NCBI GenBank assembly: GCA_045661305.1
Contig: JAZRFJ010000028.1
Location: 5,234-69,233, forward strand
Length of the DNA stretch: 64,000 nt
Reading direction: 5' to 3'
Origin: Clostridia bacterium
GTDB lineage: Bacteria; Bacillota; Clostridia; UMGS1840
The position numbers and the translations under genes were made by a program. Positions 44,116-53,528 of the stretch are shown piece by piece (position 1 is the first letter of the stretch; each line of letters starts with the position of its first letter). The notes beneath the pieces are model-generated. The model was not told where the DNA came from and searched no databases. It saw only the letters and a program-made list of their open reading frames with translations.

Positions 44116-45297
44116 ATGGAATACAATAAATTAAGTGACAGTCTTATTGAAAAAATTAAGTCTGACAATCCTGAAAAATTTAAAAGCTATGATAAAGCAA
44201 TCCGCAGGGACAATAATCACGATGTTGCAAACATATGGAGACCTGCGTTTGTAAGAGATATTGAAAAAATTCTTCATTGCCCCTATTATAACAGATATAC
44301 GGACAAGACACAGGTTTTTTCATTCTATAAAAATGACGATATTTCCCGCCGCGCTCTTCATGTTCAGCTTGTTTCAAGAATTGCAAGAAATATCGGAAAG
44401 GTCTTAGGACTTGATTTGGAGCTTATTGAGGCTATCAGTATAGGTCACGATATCGGACATACTCCGTTTGGGCATGCAGGCGAAACCATTCTTAATAAGC
44501 TTTATAATTACCATACGGGAAGATACTTTATGCACAATGTGCATAGTGTGCGTGTTTTAGATAAAATTTTTAATTATAATATTTCACTCCAGACATTAGA
44601 CGGAATTTTATGTCATAACGGAGAGGTTGAGCTTGAAAAATATCAGCCTGTTAAGCTCACAGATTTTTCTGATTTTGATAAGAAGTTTGAAAATTGCTAT
44701 ATCAACAAAGATGCTTCATCAAAGCTTGTCCCCTCAACTCTTGAAGGCTGTGTTGTAAGAATAAGTGACATTATAGCTTATTTGGGTAAAGACCGTCAGG
44801 ATGCTTCAATCGTTGGCTATGAGCCTGATGAAAAAGTATATAACAACGGAAAAATAGGAACATTCAATGCACAGATGATAAATAATCTTATTGTAAATAT
44901 AATTGAAAACAGCTATAATAAGGACTATATTGCACTTGATACAAGTTATTTTGAAGATTTAAAAATTGCAAAAGAAGAAAACTACAGATTTATTTATCTT
45001 AACGACGCAGTTAAAAAGTTTTTGCCTCACATAGAGCCTATATTTGAAAAGATATATAATAAGTGTATTTTTGACCTTGATAAAAAAGATACCACATCAT
45101 TAATATACCGTCACCACATAGATTATATCAAGGAAAGAACACGCTATTACGCAAAGAATAACTATGAAGAAACAGAAAAAAACCAGATTGTTGTTGACTA
45201 TATTGCAAGTATGACAGATGATTATATTACAGATTTATATGCTTACTGGTTCCCAAAAGAAAAACAGATTGAATATATTCCATATTTTTCTGATTAA
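44116..45297 (+). CDS. HD-domain phosphohydrolase (dGTPase-like)
   Basis: 393 aa. RALHVQLVS...GHDIGHTPFGH (HD motif), DGILCHNGE and RISDIIAY. Confidence 0.8.
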   Translation: MEYNKLSDSLIEKIKSDNPEKFKSYDKAIRRDNNHDVANIWRPAFVRDIEKILHCPYYNRYTDKTQVFSFYKNDDISRRALHVQLVSRIARNIGKVLGLDLELIEAISIGHDIGHTPFGHAGETILNKLYNYHTGRYFMHNVHSVRVLDKIFNYNISLQTLDGILCHNGEVELEKYQPVKLTDFSDFDKKFENCYINKDASSKLVPSTLEGCVVRISDIIAYLGKDRQDASIVGYEPDEKVYNNGKIGTFNAQMINNLIVNIIENSYNKDYIALDTSYFEDLKIAKEENYRFIYLNDAVKKFLPHIEPIFEKIYNKCIFDLDKKDTTSLIYRHHIDYIKERTRYYAKNNYEETEKNQIVVDYIASMTDDYITDLYAYWFPKEKQIEYIPYFSD

Positions 45298-45382
45298 AAT
45301 ATGTAGTAACTGTGAAATTAATTGACTTTTCATTTTTAAGAGTATATAATACTTTTTAAACTACTCATCGGAGGGGTATAAT

Positions 45383-46207
45383 TTGTTTGGATATGTTGTA
45401 ACAAACAACAAAATATTAAGTGAAGAGGATAATAAAATTTACCGTGCATATTATTGTGGTTTATGCCATGCACTTAAAGAAAAATACGGTCAAATCAGCA
45501 GACTTACATTAAATTATGATTTGACCTTTCTTGCAATTTTTTTAGATGCAGTCTATGATATTCCCAAAAAAGAAGAACAGCTTGGCTGCACACTCCATCC
45601 GTTTTCAAAGCATTTATGTTATAAAAACGAAATTTTTTCCTACTGTGCGGATATGAATATCGCACTCACCTACTATAAGCTTTTGGATGACTGGTATGAT
45701 GACAAAAATATCTTTGCACTTTTCTCATCGGAATTTTTCAAGAAAAAAATTGAGGAAATTAAGAAAAAATATCCTCGTCAATGCAGTGCAATAGAAGAAA
45801 ACTTAAAAAAGCTTATGAAAGCTGAAAAAGAAAATATTCTTATTCCTGATATTCCTGCCTCACATTTCGGAAATCTTATGGGAGAGCTTTTTTGTTTATA
45901 TGATGACAAAAACTCCGAGCTTTTAAAAAGCTTTGGTTTTGAGCTTGGAGAATTTATTTATATTATAGATGCCGTGAGTGACATAAAAAAGGACATCAAA
46001 CAAAAAAAGTATAATCCGTTAATTACAACACCACGAAAGGATTTTGAAAAAATACTTACTCTTGTTTTAGCAGAATGTACAGATGTATATAATAAAATTG
46101 AAATAAAAAACAACAAATCAATTATTGACAATATTCTTTATTCAGGAATATGGACAAAATATGAACTGAAAAAACAAAGAAAAAAAGAAGGAAAGAAAAA
46201 TGATTAA
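45383..46207 (+). CDS. DUF5685-like hypothetical protein
   Basis: 274 aa with TTG start after GGAGGGG. The N-terminus [35 protein letters not shown] matches my recollection of the DUF5685 family. Not verified by search. Confidence 0.6.
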   Translation: MFGYVVTNNKILSEEDNKIYRAYYCGLCHALKEKYGQISRLTLNYDLTFLAIFLDAVYDIPKKEEQLGCTLHPFSKHLCYKNEIFSYCADMNIALTYYKLLDDWYDDKNIFALFSSEFFKKKIEEIKKKYPRQCSAIEENLKKLMKAEKENILIPDIPASHFGNLMGELFCLYDDKNSELLKSFGFELGEFIYIIDAVSDIKKDIKQKKYNPLITTPRKDFEKILTLVLAECTDVYNKIEIKNNKSIIDNILYSGIWTKYELKKQRKKEGKKND

Positions 46208-46796
46208 TGACCCATACAGCGTTCTTGGAGTTCCCAAAGGTGCCTCCGAGGACGAGGTTACAAAAGCATACCGTAAGCTTGCAAAAAAATATCATCCTGA
46301 CTTAAATCCCGGAAATAAAGAAGCCGAGAAGAAAATGAGCGAAATAAATGCAGCTTATGAACAAATTAAAAACGGTGATACATCATCTGGTGGATATGGA
46401 AATTATGGAGGATATGGTAGTTATAACAATAATTCTTCTAACACTGACAGATTTTCCGCTGTTGAACACTTTATCCGCTTAGGATATTTTAATGAAGCAA
46501 TAAATGCTCTTAATTCGATAAATGAAAGAAATGCAAAATGGTACTATTACAGTGCTATCGCAAATTACAGACTTCATAACAAGGTTGTTGCTCTTTCACA
46601 TATCGAAACTGCAGTTAGAATGGAGCCGAATAATTATCAGTATCAGGAGCTTCTTAACAGAATTAAAAATAACAGCTATGTTTATGAACAGCAAAGCTCA
46701 ACCTACGAAAGACCGTTTGCATTTCAAAATATCTGCTGGTGGTACTGTGTTATAAACTTTCTTCTTAACTGCTTTTGCGGAAGGGGGTGCTGTTAA
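46200..46796 (+). CDS. J-domain protein with TPR-like middle and a hydrophobic Cys-rich tail
   Basis: 198 aa. DPYSVLGV...YHPD J domain, a G/Y/N-rich linker, and the C-terminus [22 protein letters not shown]. Overlaps the upstream gene by 8 nt. Confidence 0.85.
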   Translation: MINDPYSVLGVPKGASEDEVTKAYRKLAKKYHPDLNPGNKEAEKKMSEINAAYEQIKNGDTSSGGYGNYGGYGSYNNNSSNTDRFSAVEHFIRLGYFNEAINALNSINERNAKWYYYSAIANYRLHNKVVALSHIETAVRMEPNNYQYQELLNRIKNNSYVYEQQSSTYERPFAFQNICWWYCVINFLLNCFCGRGCC

Positions 46797-47203
46797 TGTT
46801 AAATAAGCTAAAAACATCTTTTTTAAGATTTATGACAGGACGCTACGGTCCTGATGCTTTTTATAAATTCCTTTTATATGTTTATATAGCACTTATAATT
46901 ATAAATATATTTATAGGAAGTGCAATTCTTTACTATCTGTCACTTTTTGTACTTATATATATGTTATTTCGTTTTTTCTCAAAAAACATATATAAAAGGC
47001 AGGAGGAAAACCGTAAATACTGGGTAGTTCATGAGAAAGTAAGAAAATGGATTAATCTTCAGAAGAATAAATACAAATTCAGAAAAACCCACATTTACAG
47101 AAAATGTCCTAATTGCAAGGTAAATATAAAATTGCCCAAAATAAAAGGCAAGCACACTTGTACCTGCCCTAAATGCAAAACAAATTTCAGTGTTTCCGTG
47201 TAA
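46796..47203 (+). CDS. membrane protein with C-terminal zinc-ribbon
   Basis: ATG at 46796 overlaps the J-protein stop (TAATG). One or two TM helices, then CPNC...CPKC. Confidence 0.6.
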   Translation: MLNKLKTSFLRFMTGRYGPDAFYKFLLYVYIALIIINIFIGSAILYYLSLFVLIYMLFRFFSKNIYKRQEENRKYWVVHEKVRKWINLQKNKYKFRKTHIYRKCPNCKVNIKLPKIKGKHTCTCPKCKTNFSVSV

Positions 47204-47223
47204 AATAACAAAAGACGCAAGAA

Positions 47224-47255
47224 GGCTGTGAACGATTGCTCACAGCCCTTTTTAT
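47224..47255. terminator. terminator hairpin between convergent genes
   Basis: GGCTGTGA acgattgc TCACAGCC followed by CTTTTT. Confidence 0.7.
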
Positions 47256-47259
47256 ATGT

Positions 47260-47400
47260 TTAGTTATTTCCCCAGCAAAAGATTAAGAATACAGCTATAA
47301 TAATTAAAATTATAACCCAACTGTCTGTACCATTATTATTGTTGCAAGGATTACAACAAGGGTCACAACAGCAGTTGTTATTATCGAATAAACTTGACAT
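47260..47400 (-). CDS. tiny Cys-rich single-TM protein (46 aa; YjcZ-like)
   Basis: Not in the track. The minus strand gives MSSLFDNNNCCCDPCCNPCNNNNGTDSWVIILIIIAVFLIFCWGNN. RBS-like GTGAGG upstream. Confidence 0.45.
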   Translation of the reverse strand: MSSLFDNNNCCCDPCCNPCNNNNGTDSWVIILIIIAVFLIFCWGNN

Positions 47401-47420
47401 ATTAAAAAACCTCACTTTTT

Positions 47421-47609
47421 TTAGTCACAGCAGCCGCAATTTCCGCCGAACATATTTCCTGAAAATCCTCTTCCGCAACCGTCGTCACAGCCGTCATTGT
47501 AGTTGTTATTCATATTTCCGCAGTTACCGCAGAAGAAAAGAAGAACAAAAAGAATGATGAACCATAAAATTGTGTCGTCCTTAAAACCTCTTAAAAATTG
47601 CATAATCAT
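47421..47609 (-). CDS. tiny Cys/Gly/Asn-rich single-TM protein (62 aa; YjcZ-like)
   Basis: MIMQFLRGFKDDTILWFIILFVLLFFCGNCGNMNNNYNDGCDDGCGRGFSGNMFGGNCGCCD. RBS AGGGAG. Confidence 0.55.
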   Translation of the reverse strand: MIMQFLRGFKDDTILWFIILFVLLFFCGNCGNMNNNYNDGCDDGCGRGFSGNMFGGNCGCCD

Positions 47610-47733
47610 ATCTCCCTTTTTAATTTTTTTAAGAAAACCTTAGCGTTGGTATTTTTGGCTACTGTTTCCTTTCACAATCAATATATGTACTTTCCAAAAA
47701 TGTGTTACTTTTTAAAAAAGTTTGTTAAAACAG

Positions 47734-47762
47734 TTGAAATTTATTAAAAAATATGTTAAAAT
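47734..47762 (+). promoter_or_regulatory. sigma-A type promoter of pheST
   Basis: TTGAAA, 17 nt, TAAAAT, about 40 nt upstream of pheS. Confidence 0.45.
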
Positions 47763-47799
47763 AATAAAGTATACATATTTCTAAATTAAAAGAAAGGCA

Positions 47800-48828
47800 A
47801 TGAAAAAAATGAAAGAGGCATTGAAAAATATTCAAATAGCTGCTGAAAAAAAGATAGCAGACGCCACAATTTCTAAAGAATTAGAAGAACTTAGGGTAAC
47901 ATATTTAGGAAAGAAAGGCGAATTAACTTCAATTTTAAAAGAAATGCGTTCTTTGTCAGCTGAAGAAAGACCGATTATCGGACAGATAGCAAACGAAGTC
48001 CGTGATTCAATCGAAAAAATGCTCAAAGAAAAAGGAGCATCTATTTACGAAAAAGAACTTGCAGAAAAACTTAAAAAAGAAAAAATTGATGTTACAATGC
48101 CTTCACGATTTATAAAGAAGGGTCACCTTCATCCGCTTACAAAAACATTAAATGAATTTTATGATATATTCACAGGTATGGGCTTTGAGGTTGCCGACGG
48201 TCCTGAGGTTGAGCTTGATTATTATAACTTTGAAGCTTTAAATCTTCCGAAAGACCATCCTGCCCGTGATACACAGGACACATTTTATATAGATGAAAAT
48301 GTAGTTTTGAGAACTCAGACATCACCTATTCAGGTGCGTATTATGGAGAAAACAAAACCGCCTATAAGATATATTGCACCGGGCAGAGTTTACAGAAGCG
48401 ATGCAGTTGATGCAACTCATTCGCCTGTTTTCCATCAGATTGAGGGTATCGTTGTTGACAAAGGAATAACAATGGCAAACTTAAAGTCAACACTTGAAAT
48501 TTTCTTGAAAAAATTCTACGGTGAGCAGACTAAAATAAGACTTCGTCCGCATCACTTCCCATTCACAGAGCCATCAGCAGAGGTTGATGTTTCTTGCTTT
48601 AACTGTGGTGGTGAAGGCTGCAGAATTTGTAAAGGCGAAGGCTTTATCGAAATTCTTGGTGCAGGAATGATTCACCCTAAGGTTTTATCAAACTGCGGTA
48701 TTGACCCTGAGGTTTATTCAGGCTTTGCGTTTGGTATCGGGCTTGAGAGAATAGTAATGCGTAAATATGATATTGATGATTTAAGATTATACTATGAAAA
48801 TGATCTTAGATTCTTAAAACAGTTTTAA
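47800..48828 (+). CDS. pheS: phenylalanine-tRNA ligase alpha subunit
   Basis: 342 aa with class II aaRS motifs ([29 protein letters not shown]). Confidence 0.97.
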   Translation: MKKMKEALKNIQIAAEKKIADATISKELEELRVTYLGKKGELTSILKEMRSLSAEERPIIGQIANEVRDSIEKMLKEKGASIYEKELAEKLKKEKIDVTMPSRFIKKGHLHPLTKTLNEFYDIFTGMGFEVADGPEVELDYYNFEALNLPKDHPARDTQDTFYIDENVVLRTQTSPIQVRIMEKTKPPIRYIAPGRVYRSDAVDATHSPVFHQIEGIVVDKGITMANLKSTLEIFLKKFYGEQTKIRLRPHHFPFTEPSAEVDVSCFNCGGEGCRICKGEGFIEILGAGMIHPKVLSNCGIDPEVYSGFAFGIGLERIVMRKYDIDDLRLYYENDLRFLKQF

Positions 48829-48854
48829 AATATTTTAAAAAGGATGTATGAAAA

Positions 48855-51233
48855 ATGAAATTACCTTTAAGCTGGATAAATGAATATACAGATATTTCAG
48901 ACATATCCTACAAACAGTATGAACACGCTCTTACAATGAGCGGCTCAAAGGTTGAGGGCTTTGAGGATATGGCTAAAGATATAGTAAATGTAAAAACAGG
49001 AAAAATAATAAGTATGGAAAAACACCCTGATGCTGACAGACTTACAGTATGCCAGGTTAATATGGGGGAAAAAATCGGAGTAATTCAGATTGTTACTGCC
49101 GCAACAAATATGAAAGAAAATGATATTGTTCCTGTTGCACTCCATAAGTCAACTATCAAAGGCGGAGCAAAAATTGAAAAAGGAAAATTAAGAGGTGTTT
49201 TATCTAACGGTATGTTCTGCTCAACAGATGAGCTTGGTATCGGTGAGCCTAATGTTAAAGCAACTGGACTTCTTATTCTCCCATCCGATGCACCGCTTGG
49301 TATGGATATTGTTGAATATTTAAAATTAAATGACGCAATTTTTGATTTTGAAATCACTTCAAACCGCCCTGACTGCCTTAGTGTAATCGGTCTTGCAAGA
49401 GAAACAGCCGCTACATTCGGAAGAGCTTTTAATGTGAAAAAGCCTGTTGTTAAAGAGCTTGCAGGCGGAGATATAAATAGCGAGTTGAAAGTTGATGTTG
49501 AAAATTTCGAGCTTTGCAGAAGATATACAGCGAGAGTTGTAAAAAATATTAAAATTGAAGAATCACCAGAGTGGCTTAAAAGACGCTTGATTGCCTGCGG
49601 AGTAAGACCGATAAACAATATAGTTGATATAACAAACTATGTTATGCTTGAATACGGTCAGCCTATGCACGCATTTGACATTAAAAACATAAAAGACAGT
49701 CACATAATCGTCAGAAACGCAAAAGAAAACGAAACTATCACCACTTTAGACGGTATTGAAAGACAGTTATCTTCCGAAATGCTTGTTATCTGTGATGCCG
49801 ATAAGCCTGTTGCTATTGCAGGTGTTATGGGCGGAGAATTTTCAGGAATAACTGAAGATACAAAAACAATCGTTTTTGAAAGTGCTGCCTTTAACGGTGC
49901 ATCAGTAAGAAAGACAGCTAAAAAAGTAGGTCTTAGAACAGAAGCTTCTGCAAGATATGAAAAAGGTCTTGACAAGGAAATGGTTGTTGATGCGTTAGAA
50001 AGAGCGTGCGAACTTATTGAAGAGCTTTCATGCGGTGAAGTTGTAAAAGGCGTTATCGACAGAAATAACGACGAAACAAAAGACATAAAAATAAAATTCG
50101 AGCCTGCAAGAATAAATGAATTTTTAGGTACATCAATTGATGAAAACGAAATGATAAAATCACTTGAGGCACTTGAGTTTGAAGTGAAAGACGGATATAT
50201 AATTCCGCCGTCATTTAGAATTGATATTGAATGCTTTAATGATATTGCAGAGGAAGTTGTAAGAATACACGGATACGATAAAATTCCATCATCTCCTATG
50301 CAGGGTTCAGGCTTTGAGGGCGGTCTCAACAAACAGCAACAACTTGAAAAAGAAGCTAAAATGACTTTGGCAAATTTAGGACTCAGTGAAATATATACTT
50401 ATTCCTTTGAAAGTCCAAAAGCATTTGATATGCTCCTTATCCCTGAAAATTCAGATTTAAGAAATACAGTAAACATCTTAAATCCGCTTGGCAGTGATAT
50501 GTCAATTATGCGTACAACACCGCTTTATGGTATGTTGTCTACACTTTTATTAAATGAGAATAAGCGTGCAAAAGAGGCGTATCTCTTCGAGGTTGCAAAA
50601 ACATATCAGAAAATAAATGGTGAACAGCTCCCGAAAGAAACACAAAACATTACAATCGGAATGTTTGGAAATGATGTTGATTTCTTTAAATTAAAAGGTG
50701 TATGCGAAGAATTACTCGATGTATTTTCTATAAAAAATGCTAAGTTTGAAGCGTGTGAAACTGCTCCGTCATTCCACCCATACCAGACAGCAAAAATACT
50801 TTATAACGGTGAAGAAGTGGGTATAATGGGACAGATTAACCCGACAGTAAGAAATAATTTCAACATAGAAAATCCTGTTTTCTGTGCAATTATCTATTTC
50901 ACAAAAATCTGTGAGCTTGACATTGAAACTGTAAAATACAAACAGCTTAACCGTTTCCCTCAAAGTGAAAAAGATTTCAGCGTTGTTGTAGATGAAGATA
51001 TAACAGTTGATATGATTAAAGAAGTAGCTAAGAAAACTGCCGGTGAAATGCTTACCTCAATTGAGCTTTTTGATATTTATAAGGGAAGTCAGATACCAGA
51101 GGGCAAAAAGAGTGTTTCTTTCACATTTACTCTTGAAAATTATGAAAGAACTCTTACTGACGAAGAAACAAACGGTATGCTGGGTAAGATTATCGAAAGT
51201 GTAAAAGAAGCTTTCGGAGCAGAATTAAGATAA
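48855..51233 (+). CDS. pheT: phenylalanine-tRNA ligase beta subunit
   Basis: 792 aa. MKLPLSWINEY start, tRNA-binding, B3/4, B5 and FDX-ACB domains in order. Confidence 0.97.
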   Translation: MKLPLSWINEYTDISDISYKQYEHALTMSGSKVEGFEDMAKDIVNVKTGKIISMEKHPDADRLTVCQVNMGEKIGVIQIVTAATNMKENDIVPVALHKSTIKGGAKIEKGKLRGVLSNGMFCSTDELGIGEPNVKATGLLILPSDAPLGMDIVEYLKLNDAIFDFEITSNRPDCLSVIGLARETAATFGRAFNVKKPVVKELAGGDINSELKVDVENFELCRRYTARVVKNIKIEESPEWLKRRLIACGVRPINNIVDITNYVMLEYGQPMHAFDIKNIKDSHIIVRNAKENETITTLDGIERQLSSEMLVICDADKPVAIAGVMGGEFSGITEDTKTIVFESAAFNGASVRKTAKKVGLRTEASARYEKGLDKEMVVDALERACELIEELSCGEVVKGVIDRNNDETKDIKIKFEPARINEFLGTSIDENEMIKSLEALEFEVKDGYIIPPSFRIDIECFNDIAEEVVRIHGYDKIPSSPMQGSGFEGGLNKQQQLEKEAKMTLANLGLSEIYTYSFESPKAFDMLLIPENSDLRNTVNILNPLGSDMSIMRTTPLYGMLSTLLLNENKRAKEAYLFEVAKTYQKINGEQLPKETQNITIGMFGNDVDFFKLKGVCEELLDVFSIKNAKFEACETAPSFHPYQTAKILYNGEEVGIMGQINPTVRNNFNIENPVFCAIIYFTKICELDIETVKYKQLNRFPQSEKDFSVVVDEDITVDMIKEVAKKTAGEMLTSIELFDIYKGSQIPEGKKSVSFTFTLENYERTLTDEETNGMLGKIIESVKEAFGAELR

Positions 51234-51267
51234 TAATTTTTAAAATATAAGAAAGGTGGTATTCACA

Positions 51268-51510
51268 ATGGATGGAACAAAGTTAGTAGACATTCCAAAG
51301 AATGATGACAAAAAAATAAAAGAGATTATTTTTTCAGTTTACGAATCATTAAAGGAAAAAGGCTATAATCCTATCAGCCAGTTGGTTGGATATATCATTT
51401 CAGGTGACCCTACCTACATAACAAGCTACAATAATGCAAGAGCATTGATAGGAAGACTTGAACGCGACGACATTTTAGAAGAACTTTTAAAAAGTTATCT
51501 TAGTAATTAA
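51268..51510 (+). CDS. IreB/UPF0297 family regulatory phosphoprotein
   Basis: About 80 aa. [25 protein letters not shown] is diagnostic. ATG at 51268 with RBS AAAGGTGG. Confidence 0.85.
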   Translation: MDGTKLVDIPKNDDKKIKEIIFSVYESLKEKGYNPISQLVGYIISGDPTYITSYNNARALIGRLERDDILEELLKSYLSN

Positions 51511-51516
51511 AAAACA

Positions 51517-51566
51517 AAAAAGGGCTGTGGCAAAAATGTTTTAATTTTTGTCACAGCCCTTTTGGG
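51517..51566 (+). terminator. long terminator hairpin downstream of the IreB-family gene
   Basis: AAAAGGGCTGTGGCAAAAAT / ATTTTTGTCACAGCCCTTTT, a 20-bp stem with one G-T pair, then TTTT. Confidence 0.8.
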
Positions 51567-51670
51567 ACGAAGAAAAAATAGTGCAGAACGGACAAGCTGA
51601 GCCAAAGCGTAAGCTTTGGGGTACCCGAAGCTGTATGTGTATACAGCGAGAGGCGAAGTTTGTTCGTAGC
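51564..51670 (+). repeat. structured intergenic repeat family E, copy E2 (candidate three-way-junction small RNA, plus-strand sense)
   Basis: P1 51586-51593 with 51658-51665. P2 51602-51619 (CCAAAGC GTAA GCTTTGG, GNRA loop). P3 51630-51647 (GCTGTAT gtgt ATACAGC). Aligns with the reverse complement of 1126-1230. Confidence 0.7.
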
Positions 51671-51773
51671 ATAAAGCGTTTTGTTTATTCCTCAAAATTA
51701 TAATATTGAAAAAATCCCATCATGATTTTTTATGCTTTATGCGTTCTGTGCATTTTTGCACAGTCCCTATTTA

Positions 51774-53495
51774 TTACTTTACCATCTCAAGCATTGCATT
51801 TGCATACTTTTCTTTGTTTTCTTCAGCAAGCTCTGGTGTTTTTCCTAAAGTCATAACATAAGCTTTAATTTTCGGCTCTGTTCCTGACGGACGGAATGTA
51901 AGAAGCGTGCCATCTTCAAGCTCAAAGCTAAGAACATTTGAAGGCGGAAGCTCTATTTTCTTTTTGTCACCTGTTAAAACATCTGTAACAACCTGATTAT
52001 TATAATCATTTACTTTTACTACTTTAACTCCTGCAAACTCGCATGGTGAATTTTTAGATAAATCTTCCATTATTCCTTTTATTTTCTTTATGCCACTAAG
52101 TCCCTCATGTGATACAGAGATTGTTTTTTCTGTGTAATAGCCGTATTTTTCATAAAGAGCATCTAAAACTTCTTTTAATGTTTTTCCCTGCTCCATATAA
52201 AACGCTGCAGCCTCACAAATAAGCATAGAAGCATTTACCGCGTCTTTGTCACTTGCATGAGTTCCTGAAAGATATCCATAGCTTTCTTCAAAGCCAAAAA
52301 GATAGGTATTACTCTTTGTTTCTTCAAAAAGCTTAATCTGCTCACCGATAAACTTAAAGCCTGTAAGAACATCTATTACCTCTACACCATAGTCCTTTGC
52401 GATAGGTTTAATCATATTTGTAGTAACAATAGATTTAATTATTGCACCGTTTTTCGGAAGTGTTCCCCTTTTTTTCATGCAATCTAAAATATAGCTTACT
52501 ATAACAATACCAATCTGGTTTCCGTTTAAGATTTCATATTCACCACTGCTGTTTTTAAGCATAACTCCTGTTCTGTCAGCATCAGGGTCAGTTCCCACGA
52601 TAATATCGGCATTTATTTTTTTAGCATAACTAACTGCTATATCAAACCCCTCTGAATATTCAGGGTTTGGTGCTTTTACAGTTGGAAAATTACCGTCAGG
52701 AAGCTCCTGTTCCTTAACAACTGTCACATTTTTAAGTCCCATTCTCTCAAGTACAGTTCTTACAGGAATATTACCTGTTCCGTGAAATGGAGTATATACA
52801 ACTTTTAAATCAGTATTCTTTAAAACATCGGGATTTATGCTTAAATTCATAACTGCATTATAATATGCTTCGTCAACATCTTTTCCGATGATTTTTATAA
52901 TACCGCTTTCTACAGCTTTATCAAAATCTATCTTTTTCGCACCGTCAAAGATATCAATTTTCTGCATTTCGCTATACACAACCTCTGCCTCAGGCGGAGG
53001 GAGCTGTGCACCGTCAGACCAGTATGCCTTATATCCGTTATATTCTTTAGGATTATGAGAAGCTGTGATAACAATACCCGCAGTAGTTTTGAGATGCTTT
53101 ATTGCAAAAGAAAGCATCGGAGTCGGACGAAGACTTTCATATAAGTACACCTGTATATTATTTGCAGCTAAAACCTGTGCCGAAACCTTTGCAAACAAAT
53201 CTGCACATATTCTTGAATCGTAAGCAATGGCAACGCCTTTTTTCATAGCTTCTTCACCGTTTTTAACTATAAGGTTAGAAAGCCCTTGTGTTGCCTGTGC
53301 CACAGTATATATGTTCATACCATTTGTTCCTGCACGGATAATTCCGCGAAGTCCCGCAGTTCCAAACTCAAGCGATGCGGAAAATCTTTCTGCTATTTCA
53401 TTTTCATCATCTTTAATTTTTTCAAGCTCAGCTCTGTAAGAGTCGCAAAGGCCCTCATAATTGAGCCATTTTAAATAATTTTCTTTTGTGTTCAT
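51774..53495 (-). CDS. phosphoglucomutase/phosphomannomutase family phospho-sugar mutase
   Basis: 573 aa. Active-site TASHNPKEYNGYK and the metal loop GTDPDADR. Confidence 0.9.
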   Translation of the reverse strand: MNTKENYLKWLNYEGLCDSYRAELEKIKDDENEIAERFSASLEFGTAGLRGIIRAGTNGMNIYTVAQATQGLSNLIVKNGEEAMKKGVAIAYDSRICADLFAKVSAQVLAANNIQVYLYESLRPTPMLSFAIKHLKTTAGIVITASHNPKEYNGYKAYWSDGAQLPPPEAEVVYSEMQKIDIFDGAKKIDFDKAVESGIIKIIGKDVDEAYYNAVMNLSINPDVLKNTDLKVVYTPFHGTGNIPVRTVLERMGLKNVTVVKEQELPDGNFPTVKAPNPEYSEGFDIAVSYAKKINADIIVGTDPDADRTGVMLKNSSGEYEILNGNQIGIVIVSYILDCMKKRGTLPKNGAIIKSIVTTNMIKPIAKDYGVEVIDVLTGFKFIGEQIKLFEETKSNTYLFGFEESYGYLSGTHASDKDAVNASMLICEAAAFYMEQGKTLKEVLDALYEKYGYYTEKTISVSHEGLSGIKKIKGIMEDLSKNSPCEFAGVKVVKVNDYNNQVVTDVLTGDKKKIELPPSNVLSFELEDGTLLTFRPSGTEPKIKAYVMTLGKTPELAEENKEKYANAMLEMVK

Positions 53496-53528
53496 CTCTT
53501 TTTTTGTCCTTTCATCATTATATTATAA

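Noticed and set aside
47610-47799. T-box leader upstream of pheS
   Set aside because: Many Firmicute aminoacyl-tRNA synthetase genes have T-box leaders. This 190-nt region has no recognisable T-box sequence, specifier-loop architecture or terminator/antiterminator pair, only a plausible sigma-A promoter.
49085-50332. Long antisense ORFs (177 and 210 aa) inside pheT
   Set aside because: They are Ser/Phe/Ile-rich translations typical of the antisense strand of AT-rich genes. No RBS is present, and pheT is unambiguous on the plus strand. The same reasoning applies to the many other 60-150 aa antisense ORFs in the track (for example in putP, metH, ackA, and the topoisomerase genes).
51507-51695. 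62-aa minus-strand ORF across the IreB terminator and repeat E2
   Set aside because: It lies entirely over a terminator hairpin and the structured repeat. The homologous copy E1 does not preserve any reading frame, so the conservation is structural rather than coding.
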